From the NCBI GenBank assembly GCA_049322655.1, contig JBMORP010000006.1, positions 128,410 to 192,409 on the forward strand: a stretch of 64,000 nucleotides of DNA, read 5' to 3'. Below, one piece after another: positions 28,724-38,845 of this stretch. A program made the translations under genes and the position numbers. Below the pieces are notes generated by a model, which saw only the letters and a list, made by a program, of their open reading frames with translations, was not told where the DNA came from and made no database searches. Source of the stretch: Patescibacteria group bacterium (GTDB lineage: Bacteria; Patescibacteriota; Microgenomatia; UBA1400; PJMF01). Position 1 is the stretch's first letter; each line of letters opens with the position of its first letter.

Positions 28724-30405
28724 TTTTCAAAATAAATAATCGCAAATGGAGTTTCACCATCAGCTGTTGTTACTGTTTTATACCAGGTTGGCTTAACTGG
28801 AGACAGAGCTAATTTTTGATCAAGTAACTCTTTTCTCCCAGCAACAATGGTTTTTGGTTCCATGGTAGTTACTTTTTGCCAATCAAAAGGTGCAAAAACA
28901 ATTTGCCCAATCCTCTTTGGTACATAATTATTAAACTCTATCTCAGAAAAATCAGCCACTGACGTCTCATAACCCAAGACCCATAAGTGGAAACGACTAT
29001 CAAACGGTTCCACCCAGATTGTGTCTTTACCCTCTTTTTCTGCAGCGATTAACTCTGCTACTTGTTGATAACCAGCTTGCCAACTGCTGGCAGATTCAGC
29101 TGGATAAACTTTAAATAAATAACTAGCAAAGTTCACCACCACCAAACTAGTCATGATAATCAAACCAGTTTTGAACAACCACTTAACTCTAACAATAACC
29201 CTAAGATGATTTAAATCATTAAGCAACTGATAACTTCCCCAAGCTAACACTATGGTTAGCGGAACTAAAGCATTAAGTGATCTCAAAGCGTGAGGGGTTG
29301 ATTCTGGGACTGAAGCAGGTAATAAAGCCAGCAACCACCAGACTAATAACACCACACCTTGTCTCCAGTAATTAGGGAATAATTTATACCAACCATAAAT
29401 GAAACTCGGTAAAAAAATCCATAAGAATAAACCATGCTGGCCAGTCCCATGCCGTAGATTGGGGTCACCAGTCAAAAATAGGAAATCAATTGACATATTA
29501 TCAGCATAGTTTCGAGCCAACTCACGAGCCATTAATAAATAAGGATGGTAAGTCACTTTATCCAATAATTGATTGCCAGCCAAAAGCTTGTATTGATTGC
29601 TTTCGACAGGCCAATCTTTCATGTTCAAGACAGAAGTAGTGCTCAATCTAAACTGGTTGCTCACGGCATAAAGTGGTGAATTATACATTGGCTGTAAACT
29701 GATGAAGTAAATCAGCAAAGGTAGACCAATAAAACCAAAGATCATCTTAAGATTAGCTAAAAGTGATCTTCTTTTGCCAAAATCTAACACAAACAATAAA
29801 CTTAAGCTAATAAAGAGCACCGGCCAAATAAACCTAACTGAAAAATAAGTATAAGTCGCTACTGCTCCCAGGATTGAAGCCAGCACTCTCCACTCTCCCC
29901 AACGTTGTTTTTTAAGCACCAGCCAAACACTCACCGTAAGTAAAAATTGAGCCACATGCCCCTCAAAAGCTGTCCTAGAAAACAGAATCGACCAGGGAGC
30001 CACGGCAATCATCAACATCGCCAAAACACCCAACCAATTCTTAACTCTTTGACTTTGTTTAGCAAACAAATTACCAATAATTAGGCCAGCAAAAATCATT
30101 GTGCCCAAACCAGCCAAAGCACTCGGCAATCTCAAGGCCCATTCACTAGCCCCAAATAACTTCACACTCAAACTAGCCAACCAAATATAGACTGGTAGTT
30201 TATAGTCTCCATAAGACGGAAAAATCGCTTGCCACATTGAGTTGCCATGCATATCATGTCCAGTCTCAGCCACTGCTCTGGCATCCACTAACATCGCTAT
30301 TTCATCCCAATATAAAGCTACTGGCACGGCACCTAGTTGATAAAATCTGAAAAAAACAGCCACCAGGAAAACAAGCAAACTTAGTAACATCGGCCATTTT
30401 TTCAT
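28720..30405 (-). CDS. ArnT/PMT-like GT-C glycosyltransferase (tandem paralog)
   Basis: WDEIAMLVDARAVAETGHDMHGNSMWQAIFPSYGDYKLPVYIW; multi-TM; C-terminal soluble domain. Confidence 0.75.
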   Translation of the reverse strand: MKKWPMLLSLLVFLVAVFFRFYQLGAVPVALYWDEIAMLVDARAVAETGHDMHGNSMWQAIFPSYGDYKLPVYIWLASLSVKLFGASEWALRLPSALAGLGTMIFAGLIIGNLFAKQSQRVKNWLGVLAMLMIAVAPWSILFSRTAFEGHVAQFLLTVSVWLVLKKQRWGEWRVLASILGAVATYTYFSVRFIWPVLFISLSLLFVLDFGKRRSLLANLKMIFGFIGLPLLIYFISLQPMYNSPLYAVSNQFRLSTTSVLNMKDWPVESNQYKLLAGNQLLDKVTYHPYLLMARELARNYADNMSIDFLFLTGDPNLRHGTGQHGLFLWIFLPSFIYGWYKLFPNYWRQGVVLLVWWLLALLPASVPESTPHALRSLNALVPLTIVLAWGSYQLLNDLNHLRVIVRVKWLFKTGLIIMTSLVVVNFASYLFKVYPAESASSWQAGYQQVAELIAAEKEGKDTIWVEPFDSRFHLWVLGYETSVADFSEIEFNNYVPKRIGQIVFAPFDWQKVTTMEPKTIVAGRKELLDQKLALSPVKPTWYKTVTTADGETPFAIIYFEK

Positions 30406-30429
30406 AACTATATGGTAACAAAATCTAGC

Positions 30430-32196
30430 CTACATTTCCTCTGGGGTTTGAATTCCCAACAAGGATAAGCCATACTCCAAAGTATTAGCTGTTGCTTGAG
30501 TTAAGACACAACGTCTTTCTCTGGCATCTGAGTTTTCAGCATTAATAATTTGATGAGTATTGTAAAAACCATTAAATCTTTGAGCCAATTCAAACAAAAA
30601 ACTCGCTAATTGATGAGGAGCAAACTCTGTCAATGCTTTTTCCACCGCTTCTTCAAATCTATCCAAATGTCTGGCCAAACCAAGCTCAACGTCATCCATT
30701 TTCCAAGAATCATCTCCAAACCCTGGAGAAAACTCTTCCAGAGCGGCTTTTTTCAAAACACTTTTGGCCCGCACTGCGGCATACTGAACATAAGGACCGG
30801 CATTACCTTTCATACTCAAAATCTCATCCCAGTCAAAAACAATATCGCGGTTACTTTCACTTTTTAGATCATTCCATTTCAAAGCGCCAATTGCTACTAC
30901 ATGAGCAATACTTTGATTATTATCAGCCAAACCTTCGGCTCTTTTTTTGGCCTCAGCAATTACATCTTCCAACCAAATAACATTGCCTTTTCTTGTTGAC
31001 ATTTTCTTGTCTTTAAAACGATATAAACCATGTTTAACATGAACTCTTTGCCCCTCATGGAACCAACCCATGATTTTTTCAACTTCATAGAGCTGCTGAA
31101 AATAAAGGCTTTGTTCTGCTCCAACTTCATTCACGATTAAATTTGGTTGGTCATAATGATGAAGTCTGAAATAATCAGTGGCAAAATCACGAGTCGAATA
31201 AAGTGTCGCTCCATCTTTTTTCAACACCATCAAGGGTGGCAACTTATCATTTTCAAAAAAGATTAACTTGGCACCATCATTCCCTTCGCCATAGTGAGCG
31301 CCGTGTTCTTGAGCCTTTTCTGGAGTCAACTTTTCAGCCAGTAGCTTTACTACTGCCTCCATTTTATCTTCAAAAAATGACTCACCATAACCTCGACCAT
31401 TATTTTCTGAAAAAGAAATGCCCAACTCACCATAAATACCCTGAAACTCCTTCCAAGATAACTCAACGCACCATTGCCACAGTTTTCTAGCCTCTGGCTC
31501 ATCTTCTTCAAGTTTTTTAAACCAAGCCCTACCAGCATTTTCTATTTCTGGCTCTAACTCCGCTTGTTGATGAAACTTAACGTAAAGCTCCACCAATTCT
31601 TTAATCGGTCGAGCCGCTTGAGCGATTTTTTCTTGGTCTCCCCAGGTTTTAATTGCATAAATTAACTTACCAAACTGAGTTCCCCAATCGCCCAAATGAT
31701 TATCACGAAAAACCTGCCAGCCACTGGCTTCATAGATATTAGCAATCGCATCACCTATAATCGTTGATCTGAGATGACCAATCGTAAATGGTTTAGCAAT
31801 ATTGGGTGATGAATATTCAATGATGGCTTTTTTATTTTTATTTTTTGCTTTGAGATTAGTTAATAAATCTATTTGCTTTTCTTCAGCCATTCTAATGATT
31901 TTTGTTCGGAAATATTCTCTAGCCAGTTTAAAGTTAATAAAACCAGGACCAGCAATTTCCACTGCCCAGATCTCTGGTTTGTTGGCAGTAAAATCTTGCA
32001 GCTCTTCAACAATTTTTTCGGCTAAAGCACGAGGATTTTTAAAAGTTGGTAAGTGCTTGATGTACTGTAAAGCTACATTGGTGCTCCAATCACCTCTCGT
32101 TTCATCGGCTGGATGTTCCAAAGTTACTTGTGGATCAGCTACCCCCAAAGTTTGCAGAACTTGAAGCAATTGTTGTTTGAGTGAATCAATAAGCAT
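30430..32196 (-). CDS. argS: Arginine--tRNA ligase
   Basis: Class I HIGH region PFTIGHLRSTIIGDAIANI; anticodon-binding C-terminus; 588 aa. Confidence 0.9.
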   Translation of the reverse strand: MLIDSLKQQLLQVLQTLGVADPQVTLEHPADETRGDWSTNVALQYIKHLPTFKNPRALAEKIVEELQDFTANKPEIWAVEIAGPGFINFKLAREYFRTKIIRMAEEKQIDLLTNLKAKNKNKKAIIEYSSPNIAKPFTIGHLRSTIIGDAIANIYEASGWQVFRDNHLGDWGTQFGKLIYAIKTWGDQEKIAQAARPIKELVELYVKFHQQAELEPEIENAGRAWFKKLEEDEPEARKLWQWCVELSWKEFQGIYGELGISFSENNGRGYGESFFEDKMEAVVKLLAEKLTPEKAQEHGAHYGEGNDGAKLIFFENDKLPPLMVLKKDGATLYSTRDFATDYFRLHHYDQPNLIVNEVGAEQSLYFQQLYEVEKIMGWFHEGQRVHVKHGLYRFKDKKMSTRKGNVIWLEDVIAEAKKRAEGLADNNQSIAHVVAIGALKWNDLKSESNRDIVFDWDEILSMKGNAGPYVQYAAVRAKSVLKKAALEEFSPGFGDDSWKMDDVELGLARHLDRFEEAVEKALTEFAPHQLASFLFELAQRFNGFYNTHQIINAENSDARERRCVLTQATANTLEYGLSLLGIQTPEEM

Positions 32197-32263
32197 ACCT
32201 ACTCAGATTATATCGTTTAAGAGGTCTACAAGAAAGGGTAAAGATAAAATAACAAACCAATGT

Positions 32264-32554
32264 TTAATCAGCTAACAATCGTTCATCTTTATGCTCAACA
32301 AAGTCAGCCATCATCGCCGCCACAATACTTAGTAAAGCATTAATATCTTCTTTAAGGTCTTCGTCCTCTTTAAGGGGGGCCATATCTGGTCTCAAGAAAA
32401 AATTACTTAAACAAACCACCATCCCAGCATCTAACTCTTCTGCTCGATCAATCAATATCATCAAAGACTCATATTGTTTGGCAAAGCCCTTGGCCTTCAT
32501 TGGTTCAGCTAACTTTTCAGCAGCTGATCTTAACCCTTGTTCACTAGTAGGCAT
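32264..32554 (-). CDS. Hypothetical small acidic protein
   Basis: 96-aa ORF upstream of argS on the same strand, with coding-like composition; no recognisable motif. Confidence 0.3.
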   Translation of the reverse strand: MPTSEQGLRSAAEKLAEPMKAKGFAKQYESLMILIDRAEELDAGMVVCLSNFFLRPDMAPLKEDEDLKEDINALLSIVAAMMADFVEHKDERLLAD

Positions 32555-32588
32555 AACGCCCTTTCTTGGCAGGTTAATAATAAACTTA

Positions 32589-34262
32589 TTATAACCCCAA
32601 AACCTTCACTTGCCATTGATCTGCTATAAAATCGGCAGTAATCGCTGGGGTTTCAACCACTTCATTTAAACTATTTACAAACTTAATCTTGGCAAACTCC
32701 AAATATTCACCCTGATCTTTTTTGGCAGTGAGGTTGGCTGCTTGAACTAGCTTGGGATCAGTTTGGGTGTAAAACCAATAGTACATCGCTGGTCTACCTT
32801 GTTCTCTAGTAATATAAACTGGTAAATCTGGATATTCTGATCTTATTTTTTCTAAATCTACTAACATTTGTTGATAACCAACTTGCCACTCGTGACCATA
32901 CTTTTGCGGGTAAACAATCAATAAGTGACGATAAAAACTAATAAAAGCTAATAAATACATACTAATAAAAGCCGTCCCTAAAAAATATCCTCTAAATTTT
33001 TTTATCTTTTTAAACACCACCAGCAAATCCTGGCTTAAAAATTGGTAAGTCTGTGCCAATCCCAAAGTAAGTAATATCATCAGCGCTGGAACAATCGGTA
33101 AAATCCTCAAAGCGTGAGGAACTGGTCTAGAAATAGCGGCTGGTAAAACTCCAACTACTAGCCAAAAAATAAGAAATAATTTTTTCTCGAGACTAAACTT
33201 TTGTAATAATAAAAAACTGCCTACTAATAAAAATAAGATTTCAAACGGATAAAATAACCCAAAATATTGACTAGAATGTCTGGCAATCTCATCCCCAGTA
33301 ATAAATAAAAATGATAAAGAAAAATGACTTAAAAATTGGCTAATAATCACAGCCAAATAAAACCACCAGCGGTGAAAAACAAACTTAGTCCACCAACTCT
33401 GGTGATATAAATCTTTAAATTGATTACTTTGTTCGATGATCACAACATCAGTAAAAATCGTTGTTTCTGCTACTCGTTGAGCCAAGATAGGTGAACCCCA
33501 AGCTTGAATAAAAGGCCATAATAAAATTAATAACAAACCAGCCAAACCAAATAACTGCACTACTAAGGCTGGTAATTGTTTTTTGTAATGCTTTAAATAA
33601 AAAATGATATATCTAAAACCAAAAAACAAGCCTAATAGCGGAGCAATCACTCTAGCACTGTGATAAACATACATTGCAGCAACAAAAAATACACTGGCTC
33701 CAACCAAAGCCCAAGGCTTAACTTGGTTGTTTTTTTTTTCAAGACTTTGCCAACCACAAACTATTCCCAATAAAAGCAATAAAGTGGCCAAATTAACTTC
33801 CCAACCAGCTCTAGAAAACTGAATTAACCAAGGAGAAATACTCGCCAAAATCATTGAGATTAAAGATAACCACTGTCTTTTTTTCTTGGTCAAGTGATCG
33901 GTGAATAAATAAACTAACCAACCAATTACTAACACCAGCAGCGTTCCGGCCAAGACTGAAGGCAACCTAACTGCCAAGACATTGAGCCCCAACAGTTTAA
34001 TAAACGGCACAATGGCATAAAAATAACCAGCTGGTTTCCAATCACCAAATGACTCAAAAGCAACCAGTGGATAAGAATTACCATGATGGTCTTTGCCTGT
34101 CTGTAAAATCGAATAGGCATCATAACCAAGTGCTACTTCTTCCCAATATGGCGCTGGCGGTGAGCTAGTAACTTGATAGACACGAATTAGCAAAGCCAAG
34201 AGGGTGATTAAAATAAGACTAATAACGAATTTAAGTTTAGACATTTTTAACTTGGTTAACAA
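32589..34262 (-). CDS. ArnT/PMT-like GT-C glycosyltransferase
   Basis: YWEEVALGYDAYSILQTGKDHHGNSYPLVAFESFGDWKPAGYFY; multi-TM; contains a 10-nt homopolymer at 33730-33739. Confidence 0.75.
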   Translation of the reverse strand: MLTKLKMSKLKFVISLILITLLALLIRVYQVTSSPPAPYWEEVALGYDAYSILQTGKDHHGNSYPLVAFESFGDWKPAGYFYAIVPFIKLLGLNVLAVRLPSVLAGTLLVLVIGWLVYLFTDHLTKKKRQWLSLISMILASISPWLIQFSRAGWEVNLATLLLLLGIVCGWQSLEKKNNQVKPWALVGASVFFVAAMYVYHSARVIAPLLGLFFGFRYIIFYLKHYKKQLPALVVQLFGLAGLLLILLWPFIQAWGSPILAQRVAETTIFTDVVIIEQSNQFKDLYHQSWWTKFVFHRWWFYLAVIISQFLSHFSLSFLFITGDEIARHSSQYFGLFYPFEILFLLVGSFLLLQKFSLEKKLFLIFWLVVGVLPAAISRPVPHALRILPIVPALMILLTLGLAQTYQFLSQDLLVVFKKIKKFRGYFLGTAFISMYLLAFISFYRHLLIVYPQKYGHEWQVGYQQMLVDLEKIRSEYPDLPVYITREQGRPAMYYWFYTQTDPKLVQAANLTAKKDQGEYLEFAKIKFVNSLNEVVETPAITADFIADQWQVKVLGL

Positions 34263-34433
34263 AAACTTATTTTTTGACGACTGCCTTAAACCTTCGGTTT
34301 TGAGCAGGAGACAAAAACTAATAAATTATTTATATTTATTTATCTTTCTATATTAGGAAAGTTTATTTTTTTAGTGAACGACTTAAGCCTTTGGCTTACG
34401 GACTGAACTAAAAATAATAAACTTTCTGGTTAT

Positions 34434-36026
34434 TCATTTAAGGTTTAAATAAATTCTAAACCTTGCCCTCCCATCACTACCATAAATAATTTTGTCAGCT
34501 TGATCATTTTTACTTAACAAATCATCAGTCTCACTAGCTACCACAATCGTATTGGCTCGCTCCAAATCACCAATCGTAACCTCATCTTTAAACTCATATT
34601 TAATCAATGAACCACCCTGATACCAAATGGGATTAGTTTTTCTAGCAAATAAAGCATAAATATATGGTTGACCATAATCACTAGAAAAAATAATTTTATC
34701 AATAGGTGGCTGACTATCCCAGCCTTTCTCATAAGGAATCACATAATTAAAGGCTTCCAAATAACCATCTTGAAAAGCACTAGCACTGTCTTTGGCAAAA
34801 TTTTGATAGTAGTTGGTCAAATAACCACCCACCAAAATTAAATGAGCCACTGTAAATAAAACTAAAGTCCTAACTTTGGCGGTTGAGCTTAACTCAATCA
34901 ACTGTTGTAAGCCCACTATAGCCAATAATAAAAATCCAGGCAAAGCTAACAACGCCCTATTACTATGAGGAACCTCTGTAGCCAAAACCGCTGGTAATAA
35001 ACCAGCCATAATTAGACTTAAAGCTAAACCAGTAAGTTTATTTCTCGTTTTTAACCAATCATAAAGAGCCAATAGTCCCACCAGACCTGTAGTCAACAAC
35101 AATACTCCCCACATCCCATCACCATGCCTCAAAGTGGTGGTTTGACCAAAAAACAAAAATTGCGGATTTAGGTGAGCGATTAATTGATAAAAAATAGTTT
35201 TAACAAGCTGAACCAAACCCAAGCCTTGAGAAAAAATCAATGTTCCAGCCCGTTCTAAACCTTTACCAAAAAAAGCATCATAGGTAAAAGGCAATAAGCC
35301 TACGCCTCCCAGCAAGCCAGCTGGCAAAAATTTAAACCAATGTTGTTTAAAATCAGCTCGTTTTTGCCAAACTAATAATAACCCGACCACTGGAATCACT
35401 ATTTTCGAACTATGATAAGTATAAATAGCTGCCACCCAACTAAGAACAAATAAAATTAGCCAATAATTTTTCTTAGTAGTGGTTTTTTGCCAAAACTTTT
35501 GCCAAAAAAATAATCCCCAAATAAAAAACCCTAACGCCATGCCAGACTCAAAACCAGCTCGAGAATAATGTAAATGCCACGGCGATAAAGTCATTAATAA
35601 ACCAGCTATCAATGACCAAAAATTGGCTTGTTTAACTGAATAATTAAACTCACTGAACAACAATCTCAACCACAAACTAAAGCCAATCACCGTCATCACC
35701 CCAGCCAAAGCAAAAGGAACTCTAACGCCGAATAAAGTCAATCCAAATAAAAAGGTGAACAAACCATTTAAGTAAATAGCCAGAGGTGCTTTGTAGTCAC
35801 CAAAAGACCAAAAAGAAATCGGTAATCTTTTTAGCCATTCGTCTCTTCTGGTGGTAAAAATAGCGTAACCGTTATAACCAATTGCGGCTTCATCCCAAGT
35901 CATCCCATGAGGGACTTGACCAAGTTGGTAAAAACGCAAAAAGCCAGCCAAAAGAATCACTACCAAACCAAACCATAAAAGTTGTTTATTAGTCAGTGAA
36001 AAATCAAATTTAGCAAGCTTTTTCAT
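34434..36026 (-). CDS. ArnT/PMT-like GT-C glycosyltransferase (tandem paralog)
   Basis: TWDEAAIGYNGYAIFTTRRDEWLKRLPISFWSFGDYKAPLAIY; start taken at ATG 36026 (MKKLAKF) in an ATGA overlap with the upstream GT2. Confidence 0.75.
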   Translation of the reverse strand: MKKLAKFDFSLTNKQLLWFGLVVILLAGFLRFYQLGQVPHGMTWDEAAIGYNGYAIFTTRRDEWLKRLPISFWSFGDYKAPLAIYLNGLFTFLFGLTLFGVRVPFALAGVMTVIGFSLWLRLLFSEFNYSVKQANFWSLIAGLLMTLSPWHLHYSRAGFESGMALGFFIWGLFFWQKFWQKTTTKKNYWLILFVLSWVAAIYTYHSSKIVIPVVGLLLVWQKRADFKQHWFKFLPAGLLGGVGLLPFTYDAFFGKGLERAGTLIFSQGLGLVQLVKTIFYQLIAHLNPQFLFFGQTTTLRHGDGMWGVLLLTTGLVGLLALYDWLKTRNKLTGLALSLIMAGLLPAVLATEVPHSNRALLALPGFLLLAIVGLQQLIELSSTAKVRTLVLFTVAHLILVGGYLTNYYQNFAKDSASAFQDGYLEAFNYVIPYEKGWDSQPPIDKIIFSSDYGQPYIYALFARKTNPIWYQGGSLIKYEFKDEVTIGDLERANTIVVASETDDLLSKNDQADKIIYGSDGRARFRIYLNLK

Positions 36027-36874
36027 GAGTTCATTACCAATAACCAATAAGGCTTCCATAAAATATGAGCCAATTTTTGCCAAAAAGTTCCGTTTTTCCA
36101 CACGAATTTATTAGCATTTTGCCAGCTCATTTTCTCCATTTTTCTTTGACCAAAGACCGAAGCATTCGTGGTCTCATGATTGTGGTCTACCACTGCTTTT
36201 TCCTCAAATAATACCTGCCAACCTCTTTTTCTAGCTTGAAAAGATAAATCTATATCTTCCCAATAAGCTGGGTAATAAAGTCGGTCAAAACCACCAATTT
36301 CCAGCCACTTTTTCTTATCAAACAAACCACTGCCACCACTTACCCAAGCCGTTGGTCCTGTTTTCAAATCATCACCAGCAGAGTGGATAAACATGCCTCG
36401 TTCAAACCAAAGCTTATTTTTACCTTTTTTCTCACCATGCTCGATTTCCAGTGGCCCCACTGCAAAAACTTGGTCGTTAACAAAATGAGGCAAAAGATTA
36501 TTTAAACAATCTTTATGCGGAGCGACATCATTATTAAGCAAAAAAATTAAATCGTGCTTGGCTACTCTAACCCCACGATTAGAGTTCTCACCAAAACGTT
36601 GATTTTCATGGTTGTACAATAAAACTACCTCAATTTTTTTATTACCTTTGGTAAATTTGCCCTGGTAAGCATCTACTCCCTGCATAGGAGCTGCAGTTTT
36701 TTTCATGGCAAACTCTTTTTTCATCCATTGAACAGTGTCATCTGGGCCAGTATCTTCAACCACCACCAATTCATCACCATCAGCTAAATTATCAAACAAA
36801 GCTGGTAAATACATTTCCATTAAGTGACGACCTTTGTAGGTTGGAATAACAGCTGAAACACCCGGTCTTTTCAT
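36023..36874 (-). CDS. Glycosyltransferase family 2
   Basis: VSAVIPTYKGRHLMEMYLPALFDN...ELVVVEDTGPDDT...LLNNDV. Confidence 0.75.
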   Translation of the reverse strand: MKRPGVSAVIPTYKGRHLMEMYLPALFDNLADGDELVVVEDTGPDDTVQWMKKEFAMKKTAAPMQGVDAYQGKFTKGNKKIEVVLLYNHENQRFGENSNRGVRVAKHDLIFLLNNDVAPHKDCLNNLLPHFVNDQVFAVGPLEIEHGEKKGKNKLWFERGMFIHSAGDDLKTGPTAWVSGGSGLFDKKKWLEIGGFDRLYYPAYWEDIDLSFQARKRGWQVLFEEKAVVDHNHETTNASVFGQRKMEKMSWQNANKFVWKNGTFWQKLAHILWKPYWLLVMNS

Positions 36875-36886
36875 ATCTATCCCTTC

Positions 36887-37996
36887 TTAAAATTTAATCT
36901 CTGTTAACATTTTTTGCAAATTCATTGAGAAATGACTTTGATCAAAATCATGTGCTTTTTGGCTAGCTTTCTGACCAAAAACTGTTCTCAATGCTTCATT
37001 CTTGATCAATCTTAAGGTCTTTTCAAGACACTCTGCTTGATTTGACCATAACCATTCTGCTAATTCCTTGCCTAATACTTCTGGTTGACCACCCGCTTTA
37101 ATCACTACTGGCACCACCCCACCAGCCATTGCTTCACCAGTGGAAATACCAAAATGCTCCATCTTTTCTGGCTGTTCAAATTGATCTAAACCAAAACCGG
37201 TTGCATGCCAATAAATGGAAGCTCTGGCGTACCACTTGTTCAAGTCTGCACGACTAATTTTGTTAATTACCTCTATTGGTAAGCCCTTAGCTGCAGCTTT
37301 AACTTCTTGAGCGTAGTCTTCATCTTCAACTGAACCAATTAAAACCAACTTCCAACCCTTAGTTTCCTGAGGATGTTGTTTAATCAATTCTTTAAAAAAA
37401 TCAACTAAAACATCTTGTCTTTTGCTATGAAGCTGACGGAAAAATCGGCCAACATGCAGAATTACCTGCTCTTTTTTTGTCACTAGTTGTAAGGCTGCTA
37501 TCTCTTCGACATCAACCAATGGTTGATGAACTGCGTCAACTTTAACCTGCCAAAAGTTTTCGACAATTTTTTTGGTAAAAGCAGAATTAGTATTAATAAA
37601 ATCCCAATTAAATAATTTAAAACGATCAAACATCGAGATTGGTAGCCTCTTTAATGGTGTTTGAATGTGTAAAACATTTTTTTTGGCTAAACTAGGAAAA
37701 AAACTGCCATCAGTAAAGGCATAAAGCAAATCAAACTGCTTAGTCCAAGCTAATTTATCCCAAAAACCAACCTCAGTTCCCAATGGTGATCTGACTAGTT
37801 TTAAGTGGGTAATATCTCTCCCTAAGAATTTTTGATACCGTTGATAAATAGCTTCATCAGTGTCTTTTTCAGTCGTCTGCACGGCCAAGAAAACCTCACC
37901 ATAATTGGCTAGTTCACTCGCTACATCCAAAAAATATTTTTCACCGCCACCAATATGCTTGGGAAAATATGGAGAATAAAGGCAGATTCTTTTCAT
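36887..37996 (-). CDS. Glycosyltransferase family 4 (GT1 clan)
   Basis: ICLYSPYFPKHIGGGEKYFLDVASEL; C-terminal EHFGISTGEAMAGGVVPVV. Confidence 0.75.
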   Translation of the reverse strand: MKRICLYSPYFPKHIGGGEKYFLDVASELANYGEVFLAVQTTEKDTDEAIYQRYQKFLGRDITHLKLVRSPLGTEVGFWDKLAWTKQFDLLYAFTDGSFFPSLAKKNVLHIQTPLKRLPISMFDRFKLFNWDFINTNSAFTKKIVENFWQVKVDAVHQPLVDVEEIAALQLVTKKEQVILHVGRFFRQLHSKRQDVLVDFFKELIKQHPQETKGWKLVLIGSVEDEDYAQEVKAAAKGLPIEVINKISRADLNKWYARASIYWHATGFGLDQFEQPEKMEHFGISTGEAMAGGVVPVVIKAGGQPEVLGKELAEWLWSNQAECLEKTLRLIKNEALRTVFGQKASQKAHDFDQSHFSMNLQKMLTEIKF

Positions 37997-37999
37997 GTT

Positions 38000-38830
38000 T
38001 TAGATTTTTGTTTCCTGAGACCACAGTTTTTTCAACTCATCTTCTTTTTTAGCATATCGATCAGCTAAAGAAGGTTTTTGCTGTAACTCCCAAACTTGGA
38101 TATAAACAATCATACGATTAATTCCTTGAACTACCGCCTCAATTAGACCAGCCATACCATCTTGATAACCTCTTTTGAAAATAGCTCGACGAACAAACTC
38201 CATCGTTCCTTTTCTCACCAAGGTAAACAAAGTAACTGGTTTTTCACCAGCTTTATAAAGTAATTCTGCCTCTAGCTTAGTCCAATCAGCCGATTTTCTA
38301 AGATTATCTTCAGTGTTGCGATGAGTAAAATGAATAATAGGAGAATGAAGCTTAGTGACCTGACCTTCAAAGTTGGGACTTTCATGGATCTGACCAGTCC
38401 ATTCTTTCAATGCTGACTTGTGAAAAATTCTGGTAACCAAATCATCTTGCCAACCACCATGCTTAAATTCATGGCCATAGCAGAAATTTTGTCGACTCAT
38501 CTCTAGAACTTGAGCCGTAGCTGTTTCCATGTGCACCATGATCTCTTTGGCTAAAGTAGGCGTCACTCGTTCATCAGCATCCAAATAAAAAACCCAATCA
38601 TTTTTGGCATGTTTCAAAGCTTCATTTCTTTTTCTAGCAAAAGATGGATGAGAAAAAGTAATTACCCTTGCTCCAAGACTTTCTGCCAATTCAACGGTGT
38701 TATCTGTCGAGCCATTATCCAAAACCAAAACTTCATCACACCAAACCAAAGTATTCAAACAACCATCAATCATACTGGCTTCGTTTTTAGCCAAAACAAT
38801 CGCCGAGATTTTTGCTTTAACTTTGTTCAT
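38000..38830 (-). CDS. Glycosyltransferase family 2 (WELQQ-tail subfamily)
   Basis: ISAIVLAKNEASMIDGCLNTLVWCDEVLVLDNGSTDNT...LDADER; C-terminal IQVWELQQKP, paralogous to 26350-27123. Confidence 0.75.
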   Translation of the reverse strand: MNKVKAKISAIVLAKNEASMIDGCLNTLVWCDEVLVLDNGSTDNTVELAESLGARVITFSHPSFARKRNEALKHAKNDWVFYLDADERVTPTLAKEIMVHMETATAQVLEMSRQNFCYGHEFKHGGWQDDLVTRIFHKSALKEWTGQIHESPNFEGQVTKLHSPIIHFTHRNTEDNLRKSADWTKLEAELLYKAGEKPVTLFTLVRKGTMEFVRRAIFKRGYQDGMAGLIEAVVQGINRMIVYIQVWELQQKPSLADRYAKKEDELKKLWSQETKI

Positions 38831-38845
38831 AATTTTATCTAGTTA

